NCBI RefSeq assembly: GCF_001194135.2
Contig: NC_069001.1
Span: forward strand, 10,109,264-10,168,596
Source of the DNA: Octopus bimaculoides
Taxonomy: Eukaryota
Reading direction: 5' to 3'
DNA length: 59,333 nt
A model generated the notes under the pieces. That model was not told the DNA's origin, searched no databases, and saw only the letters and a list, made by a program, of their open reading frames with translations. The position numbers and the translations under genes are program-made. Shown here in pieces: positions 11,676 through 23,645 of the stretch (within the stretch, counting starts at the first letter, position 1; the number at the start of each line of letters is the position of its first letter).

Positions 11676-11890
11676 AGGCGCATGGCCTTGTGGTTAAAAG
11701 TGTTGCAACCAAGACCGCAAGATCGTGGTTTCGATTCTCACACCGGTTGCACGTTTTGTTTTTGTGCAAGTTACTTTCAGAGGCTTACATACGTAAAATC
11801 TCACCAAAAATATTTTCTCCACCAAGCGAGCTCAGTGAATGTTGTCGGGTCTTTAATCGCCAACAATCAGACCTTCACAAGTGATCATCA
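11676..11890 (+). mobile_element. Degenerate tRNA-derived SINE
   Basis: GGCGCATGGCCTTGTGGTTA A-box, GTGGTTTCGATTCTC B-box, then a CORE-like TGCAAGTTACTTT. Confidence 0.5.
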
Positions 11891-11950
11891 CAACATGAAA
11901 CTGACATAAAAATATGGATATATGATACACACGTACCCACCCAAATACAT

Positions 11951-12372
11951 TGTTGTTGGCACTCCGTCGCTTACGACGTCAAGGGTTCCAGTTGATCCTA
12001 CCAACGGAACAGCCTGCTCGTGAAATTAACGTGCAAGTGGCTGAGCACTCCACAGACACGTGTACCCTCAACGTAGTTCTCATGAGTATTCAGCATGACA
12101 CAGTATGACAGGCACAACAGAAACGGGAAGTAAGAGTGACAGAAAATTGTGGTGGAAGAATACAGCAGGGTTCGCCACCATCCCCTGCCGGGGCCTCGTG
12201 GAGCTTTATGTGTTTTCGCTCAATAAACACTCACANNNNNNNNNNCCGGGGCCTCGTGGAGCTTTATGTGTTTTCGCTCAATAAACACTCACAACGCCCG
12301 GTCTGGGAATCGAAACCGCGATCCTATGACCGCGAGTCGGCTGCCCCAACCACTGGGCCATTGCGTCTCCAC
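11951..12372 (-). mobile_element. Full-length SINE family C (contains an assembly overlap at a 10-N gap)
   Basis: Reverse complement of 2669-3050 from head to GGAGTGCCAACAACA tail. Confidence 0.85.
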
Positions 12373-12420
12373 ACCCGAATACATATAGAAATGAATACAT
12401 ATATATATACACCTACACAG

Positions 12421-12560
12421 ATGCATAGATGTAAATACAGCATTATGTGCACCCTTGAAACCCACAGAAGATTTGAGGAATGGAACTCTGCATGCATAGA
12501 CGGAAACAGCCAAAATGTACCAATATTTTCATACATGAACCATACTCCGTAGCATTATAA
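12421..12560. repeat. 140-bp direct repeat, copy 2 (identical to 7116-7255)
   Basis: Base-by-base comparison. Confidence 0.95.
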
Positions 12561-12691
12561 CCTGAGCATAATCAATAAAAAGAGACGCAATCAAGAAGAA
12601 ACATGAAGAACAGGTACAACTCTGTGTGGTAATTTGATCCTTTCATTCTTGTGAAGACCTGAACTTCTGTTCCAACGCCTAAGAACTATTA

Positions 12692-12848
12692 ACGTGGCTG
12701 TGTGGTGAGACGCATGCTTCCCAGCCACGTGGCTCCGGGTTCAAGGTAACACTGCGTAGCACCTTGAGCAAGTGTCTTTTACTATAGCCTCGGGCCGACC
12801 AAAGCCCTGAGAGTGGATTTGGTAGTCGGAAACTGAAAGAACCCCGTC

Positions 12849-12884
<36 letters not shown>

Positions 12885-13045
12885 CTGTGTGTATGTGTCT
12901 GTTCCCCCACCATTGCTTGACAGGCGATGCTTGTGTGTTTCCATCCGCAAAGGGACCAATAGAATAAGTCCTGGGGTCGATTTGTTCGACCAGAGGCGGT
13001 GCTCCAGTATGGCCGCAGTCAAATGACTGAAACAAGTAAAAGATT
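12692..13045 (+). mobile_element. SINE family A, full length
   Basis: CGTGGCTGTGTGG head, internal (TA)n, tail AGTCAAATGACTGAAACAAGTAAAAGA. Confidence 0.9.
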
Positions 13046-13356
13046 AAATGATTACTGCACTGACCTATCGAGATGGGGCAGGGAACTCAATAAGTGCTGG
13101 AAGAAAGCTACCGTCAGTAGGAGGGCGAATAATTGACGAGACAATTGTTTTACTTCTTTCAACTAGACAACCTTAATATGAAAATCAGAAACAGAGAAGA
13201 AACCTCTTGAAATATTAAAAAAAAAACATTGTAAATACTCATATCGAAGGTCCCGGAACTGGTCAAGCTTTCAAGGATATTCTCAGAGAAGAACATTTGT
13301 TAAAAACTCAATCGTAGACCAAATTCCAGCCATAAAATGACAACTGATAGAAAATA

Positions 13357-13544
13357 AATGCAATGCTCCAGCGGTATTTCTTCTGTCTTTACGTTCTGAG
13401 TCCAAATTCCGCCGAGGTCGACTTTGTCTTTCATCCTTTCTGGGTCACTAAATTAAGTACCAGTTTCGTACTGCAGTCGATCTAATCGACCGGCCACCTC
13501 CCATCAAAATTTCAGGCCTTGTGCCTAGAGTAGAAAAGAATATT
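13357..13544 (+). mobile_element. SINE family B (Meta/MESC-like central domain), 5' truncated
   Basis: TTCTGAGTCCAAATTCCGCCGAGGTCGACTTTGTCTTTCATCCTTTC...AAGTACCAG...GTAGAAAAGAATATT. Confidence 0.8.
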
Positions 13545-13925
13545 ATGTCATGTGTATCAGTTTAAAACCGCATTCCGTAGTGGGACCGTGCTACGGGAGT
13601 TCCTGAGTTTTGAGGAATGTGAAACCATCTCTTAACCATTATGATTCCCAACTGCCAGGTGTAGATTCCTGCTAGATCCAAAGCTATAGGTTAACTAGCT
13701 AGTCGACTAAACCGTGCTTTAACATCACTTCTTCGTTAGATCCAAAACATCTAATCCAGCATCTGATGGTTCCTCTTGCTACACAATACACCCTCTGTAT
13801 CTGCCCGATGTTCGGCGGCAACTTCTGTGTTTAATGCTGCTATTAACCACAACAGGACAAACCTAAGCAGGCTGCCTTTAAAGGTACCCCACTATATATC
13901 GTGGATATGGCAGCTCGCTATAGAT

Positions 13926-14160
13926 TGTCTACTAAAACCTCGGTCTTAGTAGACACATGACATGTGATCTTCTTCTAGCACATCAGCAGTCCACCTAGTG
14001 GCCTCCTTTATATATAATTTTTATATATACATATACAATAATCCTTTGAGATCTCAGATATTTTTTCTGAATCTCCCGATTCCTTTAATGTGCTTGTTCC
14101 CTGGTATTAAATTGATATTAATTAATATCCAATTTTTTACCCTATTGTTTAATTTATATT
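13926..14160 (+). mobile_element. Second copy of the unclassified foldback-associated element, with a 5' mini-hairpin
   Basis: Colinear homology with 50168-50372 (GGTCTTAGTAGACAC...TTCTAGCACAT...TAGTGG...GAGATC.CAGATA...CTGAATCTC...CCTGGTA.TAAAT.GATATTAATTAATAT...TTACCCTAT), ending in (TA)n. Confidence 0.75.
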
Positions 14161-14616
14161 TATATATATATATATATATNNNNNNNNNNNNNNNNNNNNN
14201 NNNNNNNNNNNNNNNNNNNNNNNNNNNNNNNNNNNNNNNNNNNNNNNNNNNNNNNNNNNNNNNNNNNNNNNNNNNNNNNNNNNNNNNNNNNNNNNNNNNN
14301 NNNNNNNNNNNNNNNNNNNNNNNNNNNNNNNNNNNNNNNNNNNNNNNNNNNNNNNNNNNNNNNNNNNNNNNNNNNNNNNNNNNNNNNNNNNNNNNNNNNN
14401 NNNNNTAATATCGTATACAACCTGCGATGTTTGCCTTGCCTTGATGTTTGTTGTTCTGTTTCACAATTATATAACCGCTGCATCGGAAATCTGCAAAGGC
14501 TCCATAACTACCGTCTCGGCTATAATCTTGGAGCCCTAGTAATCCGTTACGGCACTTATCTAGCATACCTACCCGTTTAGATCACTTTTGAACTAAACCC
14601 CGATAGTTTGTATATG

Positions 14617-14651
<35 letters not shown>

Positions 14652-14715
14652 AGAGAGAGAGTGATGGATAGATAGAGAGATAGATAGATAGACAGATAGG
14701 TAGTACATAGATAGA

Positions 14716-14882
14716 TATACGACGGGCTTCTGTCAGTTTCCATGTACCAAATCCCCTCACAAGGCTTTGGTCGACATGAGGGTATAGCAGAAGGTACTTG
14801 CCCAGGGTATCACAAAATAGGGCTCAACCCAGAAACATGTGGTGGAGAGGCAAGTTTCTTTCCACACACTCACGCCTGCACC
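14716..14882 (-). mobile_element. SINE family A 5' half
   Basis: ACGACGGGCTTCTGTCAGTTTCC...CACAAGGCTTTGGTCG...TTGCCCAGGG...CACGCCTG. Confidence 0.75.
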
Positions 14883-16230
14883 TATAGCCAGGTCTTCCAA
14901 GTCACCTCATACTATATCTTTCATTGTGTCTTTCCCTCCCTATAAGTAAATGATTTGGTTTTAAGATTATATGACTGCTATTTCTGCAAGTCAGATGTCT
15001 ACGTACAGGTTTCTCTATGAGTGTAAGTCCCTTTAGCCGAGTTGTCTGCTCTCTGTACGCTATTAAAAAAGGCTTGCAATTATTCAGCAGGCCCCCTCTT
15101 TGACGTCGGCCATGATATATCTGTTACGTTATACGTGTTGCTGGATATATAATGAGTTATGATTTATTTATTTACAAATCATCCTAGGTTCGACTTGAAC
15201 CTCACTAACCTACAGATCTACATCCAATGTTTACTATGAAGCTAATGAATCATAATGAAATTAAAGTCTGGGGAACCAATGTTGAATACGGTTAAACCTG
15301 ATAAAAATAACGAAGTTAAAAGTAATGATAAAGCCTAGACGAAGAGAAACTTTGAAATTCACTTTCCTCTGCACCTGTTTCCGCTTTTTGAATTCTAAGT
15401 AAAAACAACAACAACAACAAAAACCGCACGAACAAAAACAATAAGAACAACAAGAACAACACACATGCAAAACTAAATTGATATTTAGTTTCCCTCAGAC
15501 TACATCAATTAACAACAAACCAATACATCAAGATTAGAAAGAGAGCTGTCTGTGCGTCACTCACGTTATTTCAAACTCATAGAGTCGTAACTAATTATAT
15601 TGGAACATTAAGGAGAAAACAATATGGTAAATTATATTTCCATTGAAATGAGGAATTATTTGTGAGGAGTAGCGGTTGGAAAGCCAAGAATCATTCATGT
15701 CAAAGCAGTTAGAGTAATTTAAAGTGTATTTTAGCTAAGAAGTTTAAATATAATCAAATAAAGTCATTTATTTCTGAATCGTTGAGACACTATTTCCGCA
15801 AATGTTATTCATTATAGAATTAAGATTTTGAATTTAAAGATTTTCAATGTTATTTCTCAGTATTTTTATTTATTCTTTTTGTTTCACCTTTTTTTTTTTG
15901 GGGGGGGGGTTCTGTATTTGCTTTCTTTTTTTTTCTCTCTTTCTACGTCTGTCGAGTTATTTATTATGTACGTCGAGTGAGAGCTGTTTTTAAAAGGATA
16001 TTTGTTGAACAATCTGTTTATATTTATACATTGTTCATATACACATTGCAACATATATAAATACACGATATACGCAAGTGTCTAACAGAAATATACATAT
16101 GTACATATATAAAAATATGTATGTATATACATACATGCATTTACACACACACACACAGACACACACACACACATATATATGCTTATATATGATGTAATAT
16201 ATATTGCAATGTATGGTAGCGTTTTTATGT

Positions 16231-16400
16231 TTTATATTTTCACTGTTTCAGTTATTCAACGGTGGTCATGCTGGAGCACCACCATGAAGGACTTAAAGTC
16301 GAAGAAGTAGACCCCAGTACATTTTAAAGTGGGTGCTTATTCTATCGATTTATTTATTTGTTCGAAACGCTAAGTCATGATGAGGTGGGGGATACAGACA
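16231..16400 (-). mobile_element. SINE family A 3' half
   Basis: GTTTCAGTTATT...CATGCTGGAGCACCACC...GACCCCAGTAC...CTTATTCTATCGAT. Confidence 0.7.
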
Positions 16401-16440
16401 CAAAGATACGCACAGACAATACAATGTAATATATACAATG

Positions 16441-16483
<43 letters not shown>

Positions 16484-16513
16484 NNNNNNNNNNTTGTATG
16501 TGTGTGCGTGTGT

Positions 16514-16550
<37 letters not shown>

Positions 16551-17979
16551 CATACATATATATATATATACATACATATATATATATACATATATATATA
16601 TATACACACACATACGTATCTATCTATCTATCTATCTATATATATATATATCGATTTATCTATCTATTTCTATAGATATATTCCTACAGACATATAATAA
16701 TGTGTATGAGTGTATATATATACAGCTGTAAGACTTTATCCATAAAATATATTTCTAACTTTGCCATTGTTCTCTTTACCCTTTTCTCTCTTTTTACAAA
16801 TGTGTGTGCGTGTGTGTGTGTGTGTGTGTGTATGTGTGCGCGCGTGTGTGTGTGTGCATGCATAGCGCTCTTCTATCGACAAAGTATTTCCGATATAGTC
16901 GTGTGTTGTGTTCTGCCTTAATCGTTGAAGACTTCCTCAGTGGCTAGTATTATTAAGGACAACGATACCAACGTTCTCTCGGGATATATGCCTGTAGATG
17001 ATATGTACTAACATATTCCCTAACATCATATAACCGAAATCATCCGTCATAAGCCTGACAGTGTAAATCTGACAAAAAAAAATATCATATTTAAAATTAT
17101 TTATTGCACATAATATTTGCGCCATTGAGTGTTAAATATCTTGATCACTGAGAAGGAGCAGTATTTATGGCGGGATACTTAGCAACTCAGATGTATAATC
17201 AATTATATGTATTTATGTGGGAACTCGTAAACACGCACATAATCTGGTGCGCATACACCATTACACACTTCTACGTACATGAATATATGTTTCTTGTTTT
17301 ATATACTGTGTCTTTACTCAACGAAAAGGAAAAGTAAACCGAAAGAACAAAGTGAAAAGTAATTTATTGCTTTTCCTATAATTTATGCAGACTTGCCTCG
17401 TTTTGAAATATTTACTCTGCTGCAGCCTCCTACATTACTGCCCGTATTTTATTGTTGTTGAATGATTTGTGGAACATGCATAAGTATTGTAGCGAATTGT
17501 GTTCAATTTCTAACATCGTATGAAATCGTCGAGAAGAGAAAATGATTGCAGGGGCCATATCTGAAAAGGAGAAGAGACGGAGAACAGACATTGTTTCGTA
17601 CGTTGCCATCAAATGTATAGGGTAACCATGACGATTGAACAGCTACGATATCGTTATGCAGCTCATAGGTTTCGTTTGTCGATATTTAGTCATGTTTTAT
17701 ACCCTTTCTCTCTCTCTCCTCTACTTCTCTTTTACAATCATGTACAATAATTTCGCGGTTGTCTGACCACAATGAATAATGCCTTTTCAGCCATGATCAA
17801 GAGTCATATTATATGTTATATTTATTTATTTAAATGTGTCTCTATGATGTAACCGATTACGTCCACCGTTTTTTGCCATGGTATCCTAGACACACACACG
17901 TTTCGTAACTTGTTAAATAAGATTCTTCCAGCGTTCAAACAATGAAGCAGCTCCTAACCAAGTCTAAATTGTCTTTCCA

Positions 17980-18200
17980 TGTCTTCACGAATTTTGCAGC
18001 AATTACATGCATCAGCAATTATTTTTGTAAAACTAGTTGAAACGAACATTCTCAGATACGTACTGTGTTGGAAATTTTGCGAAAACGCAGAAGACAATTT
18101 TCACTATATACAGAACACAGTAGGGCAATCGATAGGTGTTGTGGAATAACCATCCAAATATAAATCCATCTTCATGGCATACTCGTCTAATTAAAATCAG
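17980..18200 (-). mobile_element. Possible hAT transposase dimerisation-domain relic
   Basis: Broken minus peptides DLYLDGYSTTPIDCP / KLSS / AKFPTQYVSENVRF / KIIAD loosely follow the hAT C-terminal pattern; weak. Confidence 0.2.
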
Positions 18201-18261
18201 TGGCACTATTTTTGACATTGTGTTGGCATCTAATGCCTCCTTCCTATAGGCCACATACCCT

Positions 18262-18570
18262 GAATTCTTTCATTGTGTTCCAAAATGGGGTGCCTTCGTC
18301 AGAGCCATCGTGTAACTCTACGCGACCGAATCTCAAATAACATCCGAGAACAGTGCCAGGATCTGCAGCCGATTTACGAAGACCATATCCTGCAGAGCAG
18401 TCAACAGCGGTTGGGCACCGAAAGATTGACAGGACAACTTATGTGGCGGCAGCGACCCACGCACTGGAGAATCCAGGGCAGCGCACCAAACAAAATATGA
18501 ACAAAACAAACTGAGCTGCACCTGAAGTCACAGCACCGGAAACTCAAGCATGCTAAGAACTTGGCAAAAT
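18262..18570 (+). mobile_element. RTE-like LINE 3' ORF fragment
   Basis: VFQNG/CLRQSHRVTLRDRISNNIREQCQ...ERLTGQLMW...PTHWRIQGSAPNKI*TKQTELHLKSQ...KHAKNLA matches the post-RT C-terminal region typical of RTE elements. Confidence 0.65.
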
Positions 18571-18574
18571 TAAT

Positions 18575-18690
18575 TAAATTAGCATTAGAACAATGGTTTC
18601 ATACTTATTCATAATTAAGATCTAAACTGTTAATATATGAATACGAAAGAGATAGTTAAATATCTGTAAACCTACTTTTCGGCCACCCTG
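18575..18690 (+). mobile_element. Tc1/mariner-type element 3' end
   Basis: CTGTAAACCTACTTTTCGGCCACCCTG|TA is a reverse-complement CAGGGTG-type TIR with a TA flank. Confidence 0.45.
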
Positions 18691-18692
18691 TA

Positions 18693-18836
18693 TATATCGC
18701 TGGCGGAGAGATGGGTCGCTGCAATCCCTAGCGGTTCAGTGTCCATTATTGATAAGACCAACGAAGGTCGAAATCATGTGATCTGTTGGTCTCGGTGCTG
18801 GAGATGGCAGGGATTCATCCCATCGCTGGCGATATA
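18693..18836. repeat. Decayed multi-stem palindrome (MITE-like hairpin)
   Basis: Four nested complementary blocks of 8, 6, 7 and 8 bp. Confidence 0.55.
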
Positions 18837-21099
18837 GACAAGCATGTATTTTGCACCAAGACCCTATATACAGGAGTTTTTCTCATCTATCTACCGCATT
18901 ATAGTTTGTTTTGAACAGAACATCCACGTTTCAGTAGGAAAAGTGAAGAAATTTAACCTCTACATATTTATACTGACACCATCGCTCATATATAGTATTA
19001 GCAATAGGAAGACTGAAATATAGTGTAGGAAGCGAGGAGGAGGCAGGATTATATCTCCAAGTAGGAAGTAGGCTTGTTGAGGATAGAGTGAGCCGGGGAA
19101 AAGGGAGAGAATGCAAAATAGGAAAGAGAGATTGTTTATATATGTGAAGTTTAGTAAAACACAATATATAGTTGGAGAGAGAGCAAGACTGATATATGGG
19201 CTTTGGATAATGTTGTGGTGCAGAAAAAGGAGACAAAAGCCTAGGTCATATTTGTAAGGAAGTGTTTAGCACAAACATTGTTAACACAAATATTGATAGC
19301 AGTCAGCAATTTGTGAAACGGTCAATGTTTGACGAGGTAACCGAAAGTGACAACGTTGGAGTGTGTGAATGCAGCAGACGGCAGAAAAAAGAATTAAAAT
19401 GGAAAGATGAGTCAACGAGGTAGTCGCTCGGCCAACTAGAAATAGCAGCAATTTTAAACCGAAAATTATAGTTTTAAATTGAATAATCCTCAAGATACGG
19501 AGTGATCACGGCCGGAATGTCTTGAATCATATTGAAGCTGAGCTGGAACTAAGATCGAAAGCAGAGTTGACTGCAAAACATCTGGCCCGAATAAATAATT
19601 TGAATCTTGTACAAATACTGTATTACAGAGCATGGGTCATATCCTATACACCTAAGTTAGAAATCTCAAACGTATATTTGGTGTTATACTGCCATTTTGA
19701 AATGATACTGAGGCACTGAAGCAGTAAGGGAAAGGTATCAATACTGCGTCAAAAATTCATTCCCTATATCAATAGCAACACTATGAGTCAATAATGAAAC
19801 ACTATGTGACAACTAAAAATGCTAGAAATAGGAGACTAACCAACCATAGATCGAAACGCCAATGAAACATTAAATATACATAAATATGTATTCGTAGGTA
19901 AATCTAAACACTTGTGATGGTCATGGGTGGAACAACTTTAATGATAGGGCTACTCGATCGGAGTTGACCCACGGCCATGCAACAATATCGTCGAGGTGAC
20001 ATTGTTTTCAACAGTGCCTCACTGTAACTATATCCTGTTTGTTAAACCACAAAGTAGTCGACTCTTCAGTTGGAATCTATTTCATTCTCTTCGCTTAAAG
20101 AATGCTGCGTTTCCAGTTATTCCGACAACCAAACCAGAACACCTTATTATATAAACTAAACATAATACTCATAATAATTCCAACATGATCATGCCCCAGA
20201 GAATAAACAATAAAAAAACTTATTATCTCTCTTTTATTATCAAGATTAAAAAAAAATATGTAAGCAATTTCGAATGTTTTTACGATTACTTTCATAAGAT
20301 TCACCATGCTTCGTATATAATTGGATTTTCCTACCAATAAATGCGATTGGTTTCTGTTAGAACGGTAAACTAATTCCAAATATATATTTTCGATACCTGC
20401 AGTTTATGTCATCTGTGCCTAGGGAATTCAGTTAACATATTAATCCCACACATAATGTTATGTTCATTCCATGTCTGCGTGTTATGAAAATACGGTACTA
20501 GCGAGTACTAAACATTAGATTTAATCTATATTGATCGCAGTTATTTCGTTCTCTAGTTTCCCCACTTCCTCTACATCCTTACCTATATTTTGTTGCTGTT
20601 GTTGTTTTAATATTATTTTTTTTTCTTTCCATTTCATTTTCTTTACTTTATTATCGACAACAAGTCGTAAAATTCTTTGAAATAAATTACAAAAGACCCG
20701 ATGAAAACTGGACATAATTTATTGTTTTCTAAAATATGTTTTATATGAGGTGGTTGTCAAGCAGTGTTATTGGTATTATTGGAAATTAGATGACATAATG
20801 GGGATATTAGAAAGTGATTAATGCGTCTCTTTTGGCTGAGATGACAGCCTTTATTGAAATGAATGTAACAATAAATTGAACCACCAAAGTCATTAATTTA
20901 TTTTCCCTTTAGCCAATATTGATATTTTAATCATCGTTTAAGGATATATGAACACTATTTCTAATTCCCTCTTATCGGCCATCTTTGATAAGTTCGGCTT
21001 TTTTTATTATTTATATTAATAATATACATACATACATACATATATATATATACATATATATATATATACATACATACATACATACAAACACATAAAAGT

Positions 21100-21149
21100 T
21101 CATACATGCATATATATAAATATACAAAATATAAATGTACATACATATA

Positions 21150-21222
<73 letters not shown>
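21100..21222. repeat. (TA)n/(TG)n compound microsatellite
   Basis: Read directly from the sequence. Confidence 0.9.
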
Positions 21223-21227
<5 letters not shown>

Positions 21228-21792
21228 GGTGTGTAAATGTATAAATACATCTTTTTTCAATTACTATTAATACTGATGTGCCACCGAAGACTATGTATTT
21301 GGCTACGATTGTACTATATATCTGACATAAAGACTATTAATTTTCTGTCAGGCGCTTATTTAACTTTTGAGTTATTCCGCATGGATTACAACTAACGATG
21401 TTTTTCATGTCATCATGTTATAATGTTGTTTCTGAAGCAGATATAAATATTTATGCACACGTAAATATATCGCGTGCTCTCTGACAGGTACGTCGTATTT
21501 GGGTGTACGACCACTGCTTTGTAAAGCCTGAATTTAACGATGAGAAGAACGTGCGTTCGAGTCAATGAGAATACTTGTCCTTTCATATGCTCGCAGGAAT
21601 TTATCGAAATAAAGGCAGATCGAAGTACGTATAGAATTACATACACATACCTCACTTCGAATTTTCATTTGCTCTCGGTAAATTCCGCTGTTTTCAAAGA
21701 TTACAACATGGTTGACTTTACATTAGCAACTGTCGCTTTAAAATACTTACCATGTTGCAATAAATTCGACATCCAACATCGACGCCAGTATC

Positions 21793-22712
21793 ATTGTTGA
21801 AGGAGGAACGATAAGGGAACTGGCAGAGAAAATGGAATGCTCCCACACTGCTGTAGAGAAGCATCTTCACTCGATGGGAAAGGTTCAGAAGTATGGAACA
21901 TGGGTTCTGCATGTTTTAAGTGACAAGAAAAATCGGCGAGCCACAATCTCTGCTGGTTTGTTTGCTCGTCACCACTCAACTCATGGACCCAAGCAACGAT
22001 TTCTTTAGCAAATCGCTACTGGCGTCGAAAAATGGTGATTGTACATCAATATGAAGCAGCGTAAGGAATGGCTTAGCCCCGGTAAACAAGCGACAGCGCA
22101 CGTAAAACAAGATCTTCATCCGTGTAAAACGATGTTGTGCGTATGTTGGGACTGGGAAGGGATTATCCATTACGAATTGCTTGAACGTAACCAAACGGTC
22201 AACGCGGAACTCTATGTTCAACAGATGGAACGACTCAACACATCTATTCAAGAGAAAAGACCTAATCGGCGGCATGGAGTTCTTCTGCTGCACGACAACG
22301 CCCGCCCTCATATCGCCAATATGACCAAGGAAGTCATTCAAACGCATGGCTGAAAAGTGCTACGACACCCGCCGNNNNNNNNNNNNNNNNNNNNNNNNNN
22401 NNNNNNNNNNNCCCGCCGTACTGTCCTGATTTGGCACCACCGGATTTTCACCTCGTTCGATCTCTCTCAAAGGCTATGCACGCAGTTTCGTTCAATACTG
22501 ATGCAGAATTGAGAGTTTGCTTGGATCAATTTTTCAAGTCAAAATCGGGTGATTTCTACCAACGAGGTATTGAAAATCTTATTGAACGTTGGGAAGAAGT
22601 TGTAAACAACAAGGGTGAATACATTATTGATTAATTAGTTGTTATTTTTTTTATTAAAACTTAAAAAAAATCTAAATTAAAAAAAACCGCGGGAACTTAT
22701 CTGCCAACCCAA
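21793..22712 (+). mobile_element. Mariner transposon, 5' truncated, DD34D transposase pseudogene (mellifera-like)
   Basis: IRELAEKM...WVLHVL...ATGVEKW*LY...KTMLCVCWDWEGIIHYELL...LLHDNARPH...PYCPDLAPPDFHL...RGIENLIERWEEVVNNKGEYIID*; three in-frame stops, first catalytic D reads V; 3' TIR AAACCGCGGGAACTTATCTGCCAACCCAA then TA. Confidence 0.93.
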
Positions 22713-23591
22713 TACATCTTTAAGCTCTCCACCTTTCGATGTTCACCATGACAACACTCCCTTCCTGAACAAAATGAGATATAAAACATCGTCAAACTGA
22801 GCCTAAACATCCTGAATATAGGATAAAAGAAGCAAAAATGTCGATGATATTGCAATAGTTATGTAACTTCTACATTTGTTTCCATGGGTTAAAGGCAACC
22901 GTCATCAACCATATATTCGTTACGTTAATAAAATATAATTAATACATAATTAATCCGAATGACGTAAGTAATTTTATCGGGAAGGAATTTTCAAATACAT
23001 TCTGTGCGTATAATTTTACAGTGCCTATCCAGTGATGTAATATATCAGAAATAATCACATACATATTATATATTATGTATTATTTGTGTGTATATCCGTG
23101 TTTCTATATACAGACAACTATTTATAAATGCATACATATACACATAAATGTATATATACATGTACGCACACACACATATGTGCAAAATATATTGTCAGGT
23201 GCTATAGTTTGATGTAGTTTATAAAATCTATACACGTGTTTCAGTGACATTTACAGACAGATTACATAAGGTTACGATTACTCAATCATTCCGCCCTACT
23301 TCATCCAAGTCTCTTATTACGTGAAGCATGTAGAAGAAAAGAATGTAGAAGAATATAAATATGTAAGAAATCTTAGAATGAGAATATGATGCTATAAGTC
23401 AGCACAACCATCAAGCATTTGTATCTGGTATAAAGCAATCTTGTATTCTCCCTCACGAAGATAATCGTGTTTACTGCCATTTCTCCCGTGACAAGCCATT
23501 AAAAAATAATGTTTTAAATAAAATTTGGCTGCTGTTTCTATGACACCGAGTAACCATAGAAAGGCTTCCTCTTTGGCACGTTAAGACGAAG

Positions 23592-23595
<4 letters not shown>

Positions 23596-23644
<49 letters not shown>

Positions 23645-23645
23645 T
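23596..23645. repeat. (TAT)n trinucleotide microsatellite
   Basis: Read directly from the sequence. Confidence 0.95.

Noticed and set aside
12190-12292. Tandem duplication of about 45 bp inside the SINE
   Set aside because: The copies flank a 10-N gap, typical of an unmerged contig overlap; the same applies to CCGCCG around 22375-22411
21488-21568. Protein-like peptide VRRIWVYDHCFVKPEFNDEKNVRSSQ after CTGACAG
   Set aside because: The junction CAG|GTACGT could equally be a donor, the frame is short and ends in a stop, and I do not recognise it
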